Source: an uncultured Gemmatimonadaceae bacterium (lineage in GTDB: Bacteria > Gemmatimonadota > Gemmatimonadetes > Gemmatimonadales > Gemmatimonadaceae). Taken from it: a DNA stretch of 64,000 bases. Below the pieces are notes generated by a model. That model had not been told where the DNA came from, made no database searches, and worked only from the letters and a program-made list of their open reading frames with translations. Shown here in pieces: positions 9,750 through 19,233 of the stretch. Position 1 is the first letter of the stretch. Every line of letters begins with the position of its first letter. Location: assembly GCA_963781585.1 (NCBI GenBank), contig CAWAGQ010000014.1, forward strand, positions 1-64,000, in the 5' to 3' direction. A program made the translations under genes and the position numbers.

Positions 9750-10012
9750 AACTTTCGGCTCAGGACGTCTTTGATCGCCGCATTCTCCAGCGCGAGCTCG
9801 GCGTACATGCGTTTGAGCTTCGCGTTCTCCTGCTCCAGTTCCTTGAGGCGAGCCAGATCCTTCACGCTGGCCCCACCGTACTTCGACTTCCACAGAAAGT
9901 AGGTCGGTCGGCTGATGCCGTGCTTCCGCACAATCTCCGGCACCGGAACGCCGGCCTCGCCTTCCTTCAGAATCGCGACGATCTGCGACTCCGTGAATCG
10001 GGACTTCCGCAT
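9746..10012 (-). CDS. IS3 family transposase OrfA (HTH)
   Basis: MRKSRFTESQIVAILKEGEAG...WKSKYGG...LKELEQENAKLKRMYA; GGAGG RBS. Confidence 0.92.
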   Translation of the reverse strand: MRKSRFTESQIVAILKEGEAGVPVPEIVRKHGISRPTYFLWKSKYGGASVKDLARLKELEQENAKLKRMYAELALENAAIKDVLSRKL

Positions 10013-10276
10013 GGATGATGCCTCCTGTAGGCACCTCGGAAAGTCCAACTACGAACGGTCTGCGCGGAAGGGGAGCTTACCAATGAAGATCGATTTTTTC
10101 GAGCAAATGGCCGCATGAACACCCCGAAAGACCGGCATCCGACCACTTGAGACAGCCGGGTCAATTCCAGCCCGCTCCCAACCACACCAGCCTTCTGCCC
10201 TCTTCTGGCGAGAGACCAGTACTGACTGCGGTGGGCGGAGGTCATCGGACGAACCGCTCGATGGTCGCGAGCCAGT

Positions 10277-11809
10277 TCACCCCAACCCGAGCTTCTGCGC
10301 CAGCCCGATCCGCTGCAGCTTCCCGGTCGCGCCCACCGGGATCTCCTTCAGGATGAGGATCTTCTTCGGCACCTTGAAGTCGGCCAGGCGGCCGGCGACG
10401 AACTGACGCAGTTCGCGGTCGTCGCACTGCGCCCCCTCACGCAATACGATTGCCGCTGCCACCTCCTCGCCCAGCAGCTCGTGTGGCATCGCGAACGTGA
10501 CGCACTGGTGTACCGCTGGATGCGTCAGGATGATCTCGTCGACCTCGCGCGGTGAGATCTTCTCACCGCCCCGATTGATGATCTCCTTCAAGCGTCCCGT
10601 GATCGTCAGGTATCCGTCGGCGTCCATCGCGCCTTGATCACCGGTACGGAACCAGCCGTCGACGAACCCGTCCGCGTTGGCGCTCGGATTGTTCTCGTAG
10701 GCGGCCATGACGTTGCGGCCGCGAATCACGATCTCCCCCCGCTCTCCCGCCGGCACCGTCCTGCCCTGGTCGTCCACTACCCGCACCTCAGGGCCAGCGG
10801 CGCACCCCACCGTCCCCGGCTTTCGCGCGCTCGGAGGCAGCGGATTGCTCGCCATCTGGTGCGCGGCTTCGGTCATGCCGTACGCCTCGATTACCGGCAC
10901 GCCGAAGGTCCGCTCGAGATCGGCGATGACGGTGGGTGGCAGTGCCGCGGACGACGAACGGATGAAGCGCAGCCGGTTCGCCGCCGTCACGTCGGCGTTC
11001 TTCGCCGCGCGCATCAGAATGGCCTGATGCATGGTCGGCACCGCGGTGTACCAGGTTGGCCGCACCTGCGCCATCCACGAAAAGAACCTGAGTGCGTTGA
11101 AGCCCGGCGTGCAGCACACCGCGCCGCCGGCCGAGAGTGGCGCCAGCAGTGCGGCAATGAGCCCATGGATGTGGAAGAGCGGCATCACGCAGAGCCCGAC
11201 GTCGTCCGAGGTGAGGGCCAGGGACTCACGGATGTGGATGGCCGACGCGCACACGTTCCGCTGCAGCAGCGGGACGATCTTCGGTCGCGACGTGGTCCCC
11301 GAGGTGTGGAGCACGAGCGCGACGTCGTCCGGTCCGGCGAATCGCAGCGGTGCGGAGCGCTGGACGGCCATCTCCTCGGGAAACTGCAGCGTGAACGTGC
11401 CCGCCCCGTGCTCGGCCTGCGGAACCAGGCGCGCGACCGGAATTCCGAGACGGTTCGCCACCTCGACTGCCGGCGAGACCTTCTCCTGTGCCACGATCAG
11501 CAGCTTCGCCCGGAGATCGGTGAGATAGAACTCGAATTCCTCCGCGCGATATGAGGGATTGAGGGGTGCGGCGGTCGTGCCCGCGCCGACACCGAGAAAG
11601 GCCGTCGCCATTTCCGGGCCGTTGTCGAGGACTATCGCGACGCGATCGCCCGAGCTGACGCCGCGCACATTCAGGGCCCCGGTGATGTCCGCCATCAGAG
11701 TCCGCAGTGCCGCATAACGAAGCGGCACTCCACCGGGAGACGTGAGCGCAGCCTCGTCCGCCGCGCCGGCGTCCAGCAGGTCCTTCATGGTGGTTGCTGC
11801 GTGGGTCAT
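10277..11809 (-). CDS. Acyl-CoA synthetase, probable oxalate--CoA ligase (AAE3/Pcs60-like)
   Basis: LHTSGTTSRPKIVPL, MPLFHIHGL, WYTAVPTMHQ, EAYGMTEAAHQMASNPLP, GRLKEIINRGGEKISP, TGKLQR; co-oriented with oxlT. Confidence 0.85.
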   Translation of the reverse strand: MTHAATTMKDLLDAGAADEAALTSPGGVPLRYAALRTLMADITGALNVRGVSSGDRVAIVLDNGPEMATAFLGVGAGTTAAPLNPSYRAEEFEFYLTDLRAKLLIVAQEKVSPAVEVANRLGIPVARLVPQAEHGAGTFTLQFPEEMAVQRSAPLRFAGPDDVALVLHTSGTTSRPKIVPLLQRNVCASAIHIRESLALTSDDVGLCVMPLFHIHGLIAALLAPLSAGGAVCCTPGFNALRFFSWMAQVRPTWYTAVPTMHQAILMRAAKNADVTAANRLRFIRSSSAALPPTVIADLERTFGVPVIEAYGMTEAAHQMASNPLPPSARKPGTVGCAAGPEVRVVDDQGRTVPAGERGEIVIRGRNVMAAYENNPSANADGFVDGWFRTGDQGAMDADGYLTITGRLKEIINRGGEKISPREVDEIILTHPAVHQCVTFAMPHELLGEEVAAAIVLREGAQCDDRELRQFVAGRLADFKVPKKILILKEIPVGATGKLQRIGLAQKLGLG

Positions 11810-11828
11810 GGGAGTCGTTGGTCGTCGG

Positions 11829-12833
11829 TCACGTTGACATCGTCAGGCGGCCCTTGTGCTCGAGCAGCGTCCTCGCCAGCAGGCTGGTACACGCGTACAC
11901 CGCGTCGATGTGGGGCGTTGGCGTCCCGGTCAGCTTCCCCAGTTCCACCACCGCCCCCACCAGCGCCTCGATTTCCAGCGGCTTGCCCTGTTCCACGTCG
12001 TGCAGCATTGACGTCTTGTGCGCGCCCACTCGCTCGGCCCCCGCGATGCGACGATCACGGTCGACCCGAATGGTGATGCCGAGCTTGCCGGCGATGATCT
12101 CGGCCTCGCGCATCATCTCCACGCACAGCGCGCGGGTCAGAGGGAACCGGATGAGGTCAACGAGCGTCGCGTGAGTCAGCGCGCTGATCGGATTGAAGCT
12201 GAGGTTGCCCCACACCTTGAGCCAGATTTCCGAACGGATGTCACTGGTGACGGGCGCCTTGAAACCGGCGCCCACCAGCGCGGCGGAGATCGCCTGGATG
12301 CGCGGTGTGGTGACGCCGTCGAGCTCACCCAGCGAAAAGCGCCGGCCCTCCACAACGTGAACTGTGCCCGCCGCTACCAGCGTTGCGGCGGGATACACCA
12401 CCGATCCGATCACCCGCGCCGGGTCGATCGTGCGTGAGATTGTTCCGTCGGGATCCGCGGCGTGCACCGGCGTCCCGTCGCGAGGTCCTCCGTGACGCTG
12501 GAAGTACCACCAGGGAATGCCGTTCTGCATCGTGACGATGCTCGTCTCAGGCGCGCAGAGGTGGTGAAGGTCCGGCGCTACGACGGACACCTGATTCGCC
12601 TTGACCGTCAGCATCACCACGTCCTGTGGCCCGGCATCGCTCATCCGTTCGAACGCGGCCACCGCGTTCGCCGACACTTCGCGGCCGTCTTCGAGGACGA
12701 CGGTCATTCCCCGCGATCGGATTGCCTCGAGATTGGGGCCCCGGGCGATGAAGGTGACGTCCTCACCGGCCGCGGCCAGCATGCCGCCGACGTATCCGCC
12801 AATCGCGCCCGCGCCGACGATCGCGATCTTCAC
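11829..12833 (-). CDS. panE: Ketopantoate reductase family protein, probable oxalyl-CoA reductase (PanE2-like)
   Basis: MKIAIVGAGAIGG, MQNGIPWWYF, WLKVWGNLSFNPISALT, VGAHKTSMLHD; lies between oxlT and the acyl-CoA ligase. Confidence 0.8.
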   Translation of the reverse strand: MKIAIVGAGAIGGYVGGMLAAAGEDVTFIARGPNLEAIRSRGMTVVLEDGREVSANAVAAFERMSDAGPQDVVMLTVKANQVSVVAPDLHHLCAPETSIVTMQNGIPWWYFQRHGGPRDGTPVHAADPDGTISRTIDPARVIGSVVYPAATLVAAGTVHVVEGRRFSLGELDGVTTPRIQAISAALVGAGFKAPVTSDIRSEIWLKVWGNLSFNPISALTHATLVDLIRFPLTRALCVEMMREAEIIAGKLGITIRVDRDRRIAGAERVGAHKTSMLHDVEQGKPLEIEALVGAVVELGKLTGTPTPHIDAVYACTSLLARTLLEHKGRLTMST

Positions 12834-12989
12834 GACGGATCAGCCCCAGTCGGGACCCCGCCGCGGATCACAACCATCCGGTGAGAAGCGCCTTCGAACG
12901 CGACGGCCATCGCGATGTGCACCACGACACGGTGCCCCGGCATGCCGCAGATCGCCATTCTCAACGCTTCACCTCCCCGTCGCTGGTCG

Positions 12990-14339
12990 TCATTCGCGCG
13001 TGATGACGGCGTCCGGCACCTCCACCGCTGGGCCGATGCGCAGCCCGAGCGACGACGCCGGGACCGGCATGCGGCGGCGAATCGGCTTGAGCACCACCAC
13101 GGCGATGATCGCCGCGACAATGTTCATGACCGATGCCGCCACGAATACCGTATGCCAACCGCTCGCCGAGCCCGCGATCTTGTTGGCGAACGGCACCAGC
13201 AGCGCCGCCGTCCCCTTGGCCGTGTAGAGCAGACCGGCGTTGGCCGCCGCGAACTTGCGGCCATAGGTGTCGGCGCAGGTCGCGGGGAAGAGGCTGTAGA
13301 TCTCGCCCCACGCAAAGAACACGAGACCGGAAAGAATTACGAACGACGTCGGGTCGCGGCCGAACCGGCTCAGCAGCAGAATGCCGATTCCCTCGACGAG
13401 GAACGCCATGAACATCGTGTTCTCTCGCCCGATGTGGTCCGAGATCCATCCGAAGAAGGGTCGAGTGAGACCGTTCAACACCCGGTCGATCGAGAGCGCG
13501 AACGTCAGCGCCGGAAGCGTCAGCCCGATCAGGCTCACCGGAACATCGGCCACCTGGAAATCCCGGGCGATCGGCGCGAGCTGGGCCGTGGCCATCAGGC
13601 CGCCGGAAGCCATCAGCACGAACATCAGGTACATCACCCAGAACGCCGGCGTGCGTACCATACTGAGCGGATTCTGATCGGGGGCGGGTGGCTCGGCCAG
13701 GTTCACGGTCCACCGCGCCTCGGCCGCCGGCGTCGGCGAGGGCTGTTTCAGGAACCAGCCGAGCAGAAAAACGACGATGCCCTGCACCAGACCGAAGCGG
13801 AGAAAGGTCGCCTCGTAGCCCGACGACTTGATCATCGTGGCAATCGGGACGATGGTCAGCGCCGATCCCGCCCCGAAGCCCATGGCCGTGAGTCCCGCCG
13901 CGAGGCCACGTCGCTCGCCGAACCACTTGAGCGCGTTACCCACACAGGTGCCGTACACGGCACCGGCACCGACTCCGCCGATCGCCGCCGCCAGGTAGAG
14001 CATCGGAAGCGAATGAGCCATGGAGTTCAGCACCCACGACGTACCCACCAGCAGCGAGGCGCTCACCACCACCACGCGGGGGCCGAACCGGTCGACGAGG
14101 TACCCCTCAACCGGAACGAGCCACGTCTCGAGCAGCACGAAAATCGTGAACGCCACCTGGATCGACGCGCGCCCCCAGTGATACTTGTCGTCGATCGGGT
14201 TGACGAACAGCGTCCACCCGTACTGGAGGTTGGCGATCATCGACATGCAGATGACGCCGAGGATGAGTTGCCACCAGCGTCCCTCGCCTGCTGACGGTGG
14301 GCGCGCTCCACTCCCGGTGCCTGCCGCGAGTCCTGTCAT
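12990..14339 (-). CDS. oxlT: Oxalate/formate MFS antiporter
   Basis: MIANLQYGWTLFVNP, YGTCVGNALKWF, NGLTRPFFGWISD, WGEIYSLFP, LYTAKG; start placed at ATG 14339. Confidence 0.9.
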   Translation of the reverse strand: MTGLAAGTGSGARPPSAGEGRWWQLILGVICMSMIANLQYGWTLFVNPIDDKYHWGRASIQVAFTIFVLLETWLVPVEGYLVDRFGPRVVVVSASLLVGTSWVLNSMAHSLPMLYLAAAIGGVGAGAVYGTCVGNALKWFGERRGLAAGLTAMGFGAGSALTIVPIATMIKSSGYEATFLRFGLVQGIVVFLLGWFLKQPSPTPAAEARWTVNLAEPPAPDQNPLSMVRTPAFWVMYLMFVLMASGGLMATAQLAPIARDFQVADVPVSLIGLTLPALTFALSIDRVLNGLTRPFFGWISDHIGRENTMFMAFLVEGIGILLLSRFGRDPTSFVILSGLVFFAWGEIYSLFPATCADTYGRKFAAANAGLLYTAKGTAALLVPFANKIAGSASGWHTVFVAASVMNIVAAIIAVVVLKPIRRRMPVPASSLGLRIGPAVEVPDAVITRE

Positions 14340-14579
14340 CTCCCTGGGGTCCTCACCGCGCCGCGGTGGTGGGTTCGTCAGTGACGGTGGCCGGGACGTC
14401 GTCCCGTACCGCCCGCTGTCTCGTCCCGGGCGACCGCCAGGACGGTTGCACGCCGGCGTGCAGACTCGGCGCACCAATATGGACCAGGGGAACGGCACTC
14501 AGCCAGAAACGGGAGCCGCTGCCCAACTGGACGCCATCCCGTGCCTCTGGTAGGTTGACGCGTTTCCGGAACGAGGCCC

Positions 14580-15194
14580 ATGGCGGGGACGAACGAGAGT
14601 GCGCTTGGCAGGCGAGACTTTGTCGCAGCGATGGGATCCTTCGCCGCGGCGTGGGTGTTCGCCGACGGGTCCGCGCGCCGGGCCGCGGTCGATCATGCGC
14701 GTGATCAGATGGCGCAGTCCGGGCAGCAGAAGCTGTTGTTCTTTTCGCCGGAACAGGCCGCCGAGATCGATGCGATCGCGTCGCGCATCATTCCCACCGA
14801 CGACACACCCGGCGCGCACGAAGCCGGGGTCGTGTACTTCCTCGACCATGCCCTGACGAGTTTCGCGGAGAACCAGCGATCGGTCTTCGTGGAAGGGCTG
14901 CGCAAGCTGCCTGACGACGTGGCGGCGAAGGTTCCTGGAGCAGCCCGGTTTTCGACCCTGACCCCGGCCCGGCAGGACGACGTGCTGCGGGGCATCGAGC
15001 AGACGCCCTTCTTCGGCGCCATGCGCTTTGCGACGCTCGCCGGCATGTTCTCGCTTCCTTCCTACGGCGGAAACCGCGACTGGATCGGTTGGAAGCTGGT
15101 GGGGCAGGATCTGGCGCAGGATTTCGCGCCGCCGTTCGGCTGGTACGATGATCCGAGACATCGACCGCGCGCCGCGGGTGGCAGCCCAGGATGA
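14580..15194 (+). CDS. Gluconate 2-dehydrogenase subunit 3 family protein (Tat-exported)
   Basis: Twin-arginine RRDF, RIIPTDDTPGAHEAGVVYFLD, PSYGGNRDWIGW. Confidence 0.88.
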   Translation: MAGTNESALGRRDFVAAMGSFAAAWVFADGSARRAAVDHARDQMAQSGQQKLLFFSPEQAAEIDAIASRIIPTDDTPGAHEAGVVYFLDHALTSFAENQRSVFVEGLRKLPDDVAAKVPGAARFSTLTPARQDDVLRGIEQTPFFGAMRFATLAGMFSLPSYGGNRDWIGWKLVGQDLAQDFAPPFGWYDDPRHRPRAAGGSPG

Positions 15195-16876
15195 TGACCG
15201 ACGCGCAGCAGGGCGGGGGGCGGCGCTACGCCCCGAGCGACGAAGTGGACTTCGTGGTGATCGGCTCGGGCACCGCCGGCGGTTCGGTGGCCCGCGAACT
15301 CTCCCGTCGGGGGTTCGGCGTCGTGCTCCTCGAGCAGGGGAAGTGGTACACGCGCGACGATTTTCACCACGACGAGCTGGGCGTCCTGTTCAACAACAAG
15401 TACACGGAGACGGCGGAGCTGCATCCGCAGACTTATCGCAAGACGCCTGACGAGAAGGCCGAGCCGCGCCTCTATTTGCAGTACGCACACGCCGTCGGCG
15501 GCAGCAGTATCCATTTCGCCGCCAACTATTGGCGCTTCCGGCCGATCGACTTCGTTGAATTCAGCACTCGCGGCGGCGTGCCTGGCGCCGCGCTGGCCGA
15601 TTGGCCCATCACCTACGACGAACTCGAGCCGTACTACACCGCGGTGGAGTGGGCCATCGGCGTATCCGGACAGGCAGGAGTGGATCCAGGCGAACCGCGG
15701 CGATCGAAACCGTATCCCCTTCCGCCGCTGCCGCTCACTGGCCCGGGCGCGCTGCTCGACATCGGCGCGCGCAAGATCGGGTGGCATCCGATTCCGGCCC
15801 CCATGGCGATCATCTCGCGGCCGTACAACGGCCGCGAGCCGTGCCACAACTGCGGCTTCTGCTGGTTCTTCCCCTGTGAATGGGGGGCCAAGTCCGGGAC
15901 CAACTTCAGCATGGTGCCCGACGCTGTGCGCACGGGACGCTGCGAGGTGCGCACCGAGTGCAAGACGCGCAGGATCGAAACCGATGACAGCGGCCGCGCC
16001 ACGGGGGTTGTGTATTTCGACCGGAACCGGCGCGAGGTCGTGCAGCGGGCCAGGGCGGTCTTCCTCTGCGCCAATGGCGCGGAGTCGCCGCGGCTGCTGT
16101 TGATGTCGAAGTCCAGCCGCTTTCCCGACGGACTGGCCAACTCGAGCGGCGTCGTGGGGAAGCACCTCATGTTCAACGGCGGGTCGGAGTCCAGCGGCGA
16201 GTTCGAGCACCCGGTGAACGGGCAGCGCGGCGCACCGGTGACGCGCGTTGTGCTCGACACCTACGAGCTGGATCCGTCGCTCGACCTCTGGGGTGGCGGC
16301 GGATTCGATTTCCGGCAGCCGTTTCCCCCGATCCTGTCCGCGCTCAGCATGCCCACCGACGGCCCGCAATGGGGCTCGGAGTACAAGTCGCTCCTGCGTC
16401 ATCTCCACACGCACTATGCGCAGGCCTGGGGACACACGTCGTCGCTGCCGGTCGAGACCAATCGCGTTGACCTCGACCCGGCTCTCACCGATGCCTGGGG
16501 CCTGCCGGCGATCCGGGTCACGTTCAAGGAGCACGAGCAGGATCTGCGGCTGTACAAGTACTTCGACGACCGTGGCAAGGATCTTCTCCGGGCGGCCGGG
16601 GCCACGCGGGTCTGGGGCGGCGGCGACGCGCCGGACGAGCCCGGCGGTTCCGTACACTTGTTAGGTACCTGCCGCATGGGGAACGACCCGCGGACCTCGG
16701 TCGTGGACCGCACCAACCGCGCCCACGACGTGCCCAATCTCTTCATCGTGGACGGGAGTTCTCTGGTCACCTGCGGACGGGGCCAGCCCACTCTGACCAT
16801 CCAGGCGCTTGCCTTCCGCGCGGCCGACCACGCTGCCCGGATGGCCAGGAGCGGCGAACTCTCCCGCCCGGGCTAG
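15191..16876 (+). CDS. GMC family flavoprotein oxidoreductase
   Basis: VVIGSGTAGG, VGGSSIHF, WPITYDELEPYY, CHNCGFC, HLLGTCRMG, QPTLTIQAL; ATGA overlap with subunit 3. Confidence 0.92.
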   Translation: MMTDAQQGGGRRYAPSDEVDFVVIGSGTAGGSVARELSRRGFGVVLLEQGKWYTRDDFHHDELGVLFNNKYTETAELHPQTYRKTPDEKAEPRLYLQYAHAVGGSSIHFAANYWRFRPIDFVEFSTRGGVPGAALADWPITYDELEPYYTAVEWAIGVSGQAGVDPGEPRRSKPYPLPPLPLTGPGALLDIGARKIGWHPIPAPMAIISRPYNGREPCHNCGFCWFFPCEWGAKSGTNFSMVPDAVRTGRCEVRTECKTRRIETDDSGRATGVVYFDRNRREVVQRARAVFLCANGAESPRLLLMSKSSRFPDGLANSSGVVGKHLMFNGGSESSGEFEHPVNGQRGAPVTRVVLDTYELDPSLDLWGGGGFDFRQPFPPILSALSMPTDGPQWGSEYKSLLRHLHTHYAQAWGHTSSLPVETNRVDLDPALTDAWGLPAIRVTFKEHEQDLRLYKYFDDRGKDLLRAAGATRVWGGGDAPDEPGGSVHLLGTCRMGNDPRTSVVDRTNRAHDVPNLFIVDGSSLVTCGRGQPTLTIQALAFRAADHAARMARSGELSRPG

Positions 16877-16887
16877 TCTAAATCCGG

Positions 16888-16910
16888 CCCTGCCGGTTGC
16901 CTGGGCAGGG
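16888..16910 (+). terminator. GC-rich hairpin after the GMC gene
   Basis: CCCTGCC-9nt-GGCAGGG just downstream of the stop; no U-tract. Confidence 0.3.
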
Positions 16911-16970
16911 GTTGCATGGTCTGGCACGTAGATTGAGTGTGGATTGCACCACGCTCCCACTCCCCCACAG

Positions 16971-17561
16971 ATGCGTCGTTCCCGGATCCTGCCGTTTCTG
17001 GTCAACCTGTTGGTGATTACAGGCTTGGCGTCAGCGTGCTCCAAGGACTCGCAACCACGCAGGCGCGCCCGAATCGCCGCGGCGCTGCAGGGCCAGCAGG
17101 GTGCGACACCGGGGGGCGGCCGCAAGGCGGGCGGTGCCGCCCGCGGCGATCCCGCCTCTGCCACGGATGGCTTGCCGTCCGCCGGGATTGACGCTGCCGC
17201 GCCGGCCGGCCGACGTCGTGCGCCCCTCGAGAGCGACGTTTCCGAATTCCGCGGGCTCTACCTTCGCACCAGCGACTCCAGCCTCTTTCAGCCGTGCGGG
17301 GCGTCTCGCTACTACGGAGTCGTCGGCACGCCCGAGGCGGTCTACCTGCTGCGGGAGCGATTCCGATTCACCGCGGTGCTCATGGGTCGCCCGTTGTTTG
17401 GGGTTTTCCAGGGTGCCTTGATGAAGGACGCCCCGGGCTTGCGAGGAAAGAGCGGAGACACCACCGCGGCCTCGCAAGCGCCCACGCGCTTCTTCCTGGT
17501 TCACCTGGATACGCTGCGCGCCCCTCTGGGCTCCGATTGCCGGGCAGTCGCCCGTCCGTGA
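16971..17561 (+). CDS. Hypothetical lipoprotein
   Basis: MRRSRILPFLVNLLVITGLASA-C lipobox; C-terminal FRGLY...FQPCG segment reminiscent of an NlpE-like C-terminal domain. Confidence 0.6.
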   Translation: MRRSRILPFLVNLLVITGLASACSKDSQPRRRARIAAALQGQQGATPGGGRKAGGAARGDPASATDGLPSAGIDAAAPAGRRRAPLESDVSEFRGLYLRTSDSSLFQPCGASRYYGVVGTPEAVYLLRERFRFTAVLMGRPLFGVFQGALMKDAPGLRGKSGDTTAASQAPTRFFLVHLDTLRAPLGSDCRAVARP

Positions 17562-17567
17562 CGGGAC

Positions 17568-18476
17568 ATGGCTGACGCGGCGCCGTCGTTCCTCGCCGGC
17601 GAGTCTCCATTTCGCGGTGCGCGCCCGCTGCTGACCGACCACGTGCGGGTTGCCGCCATCGCCGCGGCCGGGGTGGCGTGGCTCGTGCTCTTCGCGCAGC
17701 CTCTCGTCAACACCGTCCAGACCTGGTGGACGAGTCCCGAGGCCGGTCACGGATTGCTCCTTGCGCCGATCGCGCTCTGGCTTGCCTGGCGACGCGGCGT
17801 GGGTTCCGACGCGCGTCCCAACGTGGTGCTGGGAGCATCGATGCTCGTGGCGTCGGTGGTGCTCCGCTATGTGTCGGCCGTGGCCGCCGAGGTCTTCATC
17901 GGCCGGGTCTCGATGTTCCTCGCGATTGCCGGCCTGGTGGTGTATGCCTGGGGAGCGCGTCAGCTGCTCCGGTGGTGGCTCCCGGCGCTGCTGCTGGCCC
18001 TCTCGGTGCCGCTTCCCGAGATCATCATGAGCTCCCTCGCGCTGCCCCTTCAACTCAAGGCGTCCAGACTGGGCGCGGCTCTGCTGGCCGCGCGCGGCGT
18101 CCCGGTGCGGCTCGACGGCAACGTCATCCGGTTGCCGGGGCACGATCTGTTCGTGACCGAGGCATGCAGTGGCCTGCGCTCGCTCACCGCCCTGCTCAGC
18201 CTCGGCGTGTTGTTAGGCGGAACCGCGCTGCGCCATCCGGTCTCCCGCATCGCGCTGGTCGCGCTGTCGATTCCGGTCGCGGTCGTGATCAACGGCGTAC
18301 GCGTCTTTCTCACCGGATTCCTGGTGGCGTTCGTGGATCCCTCGCTGGCCGAAGGGTTCACGCATCTCACCGAAGGATGGCTCCTGTTCCTGGTGGCATT
18401 CGGGGTGCTGGGCGTCATCGCCTGGGCGGCGCGTCTGGTCGAGCGCCGCCTGGGAGGCGCGTCGTCCGATGCGTGA
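17568..18476 (+). CDS. Exosortase (EpsH/Xrt family)
   Basis: Multi-TM protein; HGLL, PLQL, VTEACSGLRSL (catalytic Cys), INGVRV (Arg), FTHLTEG (His). Confidence 0.92.
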   Translation: MADAAPSFLAGESPFRGARPLLTDHVRVAAIAAAGVAWLVLFAQPLVNTVQTWWTSPEAGHGLLLAPIALWLAWRRGVGSDARPNVVLGASMLVASVVLRYVSAVAAEVFIGRVSMFLAIAGLVVYAWGARQLLRWWLPALLLALSVPLPEIIMSSLALPLQLKASRLGAALLAARGVPVRLDGNVIRLPGHDLFVTEACSGLRSLTALLSLGVLLGGTALRHPVSRIALVALSIPVAVVINGVRVFLTGFLVAFVDPSLAEGFTHLTEGWLLFLVAFGVLGVIAWAARLVERRLGGASSDA

Positions 18477-19161
18477 GATCCGACTCTTTGTTCCAGCGGC
18501 GCTGCTCGGCGCCGGATGCGTGCTGCTGTTTGGCGTCCATCGGCAGCATCCGACGCGGCTGGCGCAACCGCTACGGACCATGCCGCTCGAGGTGGCCGGA
18601 TACACCGGAGTCGAACGCACGGTGAGTGAGCCCGAGCAGCGGGTCGCCGGCATGTCCGACTACGTGTACCGGATCTTCGGTCGCGATTCGGCCGCGTTTT
18701 CGGTCTACGTGGGCTACTACGAGAGCCAGACCACCGGGCGCACCATTCATTCACCCAAGAACTGCCTGCCCGGCGCCGGGTGGGAAGCGTTGCAATCAGG
18801 CACGGAGTCGCTGGATGCCGGGGAAGCCGCAGGAGCCGGTGGGGCCCGCGTCACCGTGAATCGCTATCTGCTGGCCAACGGCGCCAGTCAGGCCCTCGTG
18901 CTGTACTGGTATCAAGGGCGCGGCCGGGTGGCGTACAGCGAGTACCGCGTGAAGTGGGATCTGCTCCGCGACGCCATGCGGTTCGGACGCACGGAAGAGG
19001 CCCTGGTGCGGGTGGTGGTTCCGATCGCGCCTGGAACGGCCGCGACACGCGCCGCGCGCGAGTCGGCTGCCGACTCGCTGGCGCGGGCTGCGGCGATCGA
19101 TCTCATCCCGAGGCTGGACGCCGCGCTGCCCGCCTGGTCGAATCGCGGGCCCCGCGCCTGA
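18469..19161 (+). CDS. epsI: EpsI family protein
   Basis: VYVGYYESQ, IHSPKNCLPGAGW, VLYWYQGRGR, ALVRV; overlaps the exosortase gene. Confidence 0.9.
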   Translation: MREIRLFVPAALLGAGCVLLFGVHRQHPTRLAQPLRTMPLEVAGYTGVERTVSEPEQRVAGMSDYVYRIFGRDSAAFSVYVGYYESQTTGRTIHSPKNCLPGAGWEALQSGTESLDAGEAAGAGGARVTVNRYLLANGASQALVLYWYQGRGRVAYSEYRVKWDLLRDAMRFGRTEEALVRVVVPIAPGTAATRAARESAADSLARAAAIDLIPRLDAALPAWSNRGPRA

Positions 19162-19221
19162 CCGATCGCCGACTGGCGACCGAAGACTGACTGGAGACCG
19201 CTGACGGCTGAACGCCGACCC
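19158..19221. repeat. Degenerate 7-nt periodic tract (CTGACCG-like) between convergent genes
   Basis: CTGACCGA TCGCCGA CTGGCGA CCGAAGA CTGACTG GAGACCG CTGACGG CTGAACG CCGACCC. Confidence 0.4.
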
Positions 19222-19233
19222 CGGCCCCTGTCG

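Larger units (their letters stand above)
8878..10081 (-). mobile_element. IS3 family, IS407-group insertion sequence
   Basis: 40-bp imperfect inverted repeats (29/40) beginning GGTAAGCT at both ends; orfA/orfB organisation; flanks ACCC and AATG give no target duplication. Confidence 0.9.

Noticed and set aside
8874..10120. Removing the IS407-group element gives in-frame ...RSSL-GYVSP..., as if the IS3 transposase continued on the other side
   Set aside because: The upstream sequence (GVFMRPFARKNR) does not resemble a transposase and there is no target duplication, so the match is probably chance.
10140..10169. TGGAATTGACCCG...AGTGGTCG (minus strand) as the partner IR of the IS3 stub at 8786
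   Set aside because: Needs a 5-nt gap, has no matching flanks and encloses no transposase start.
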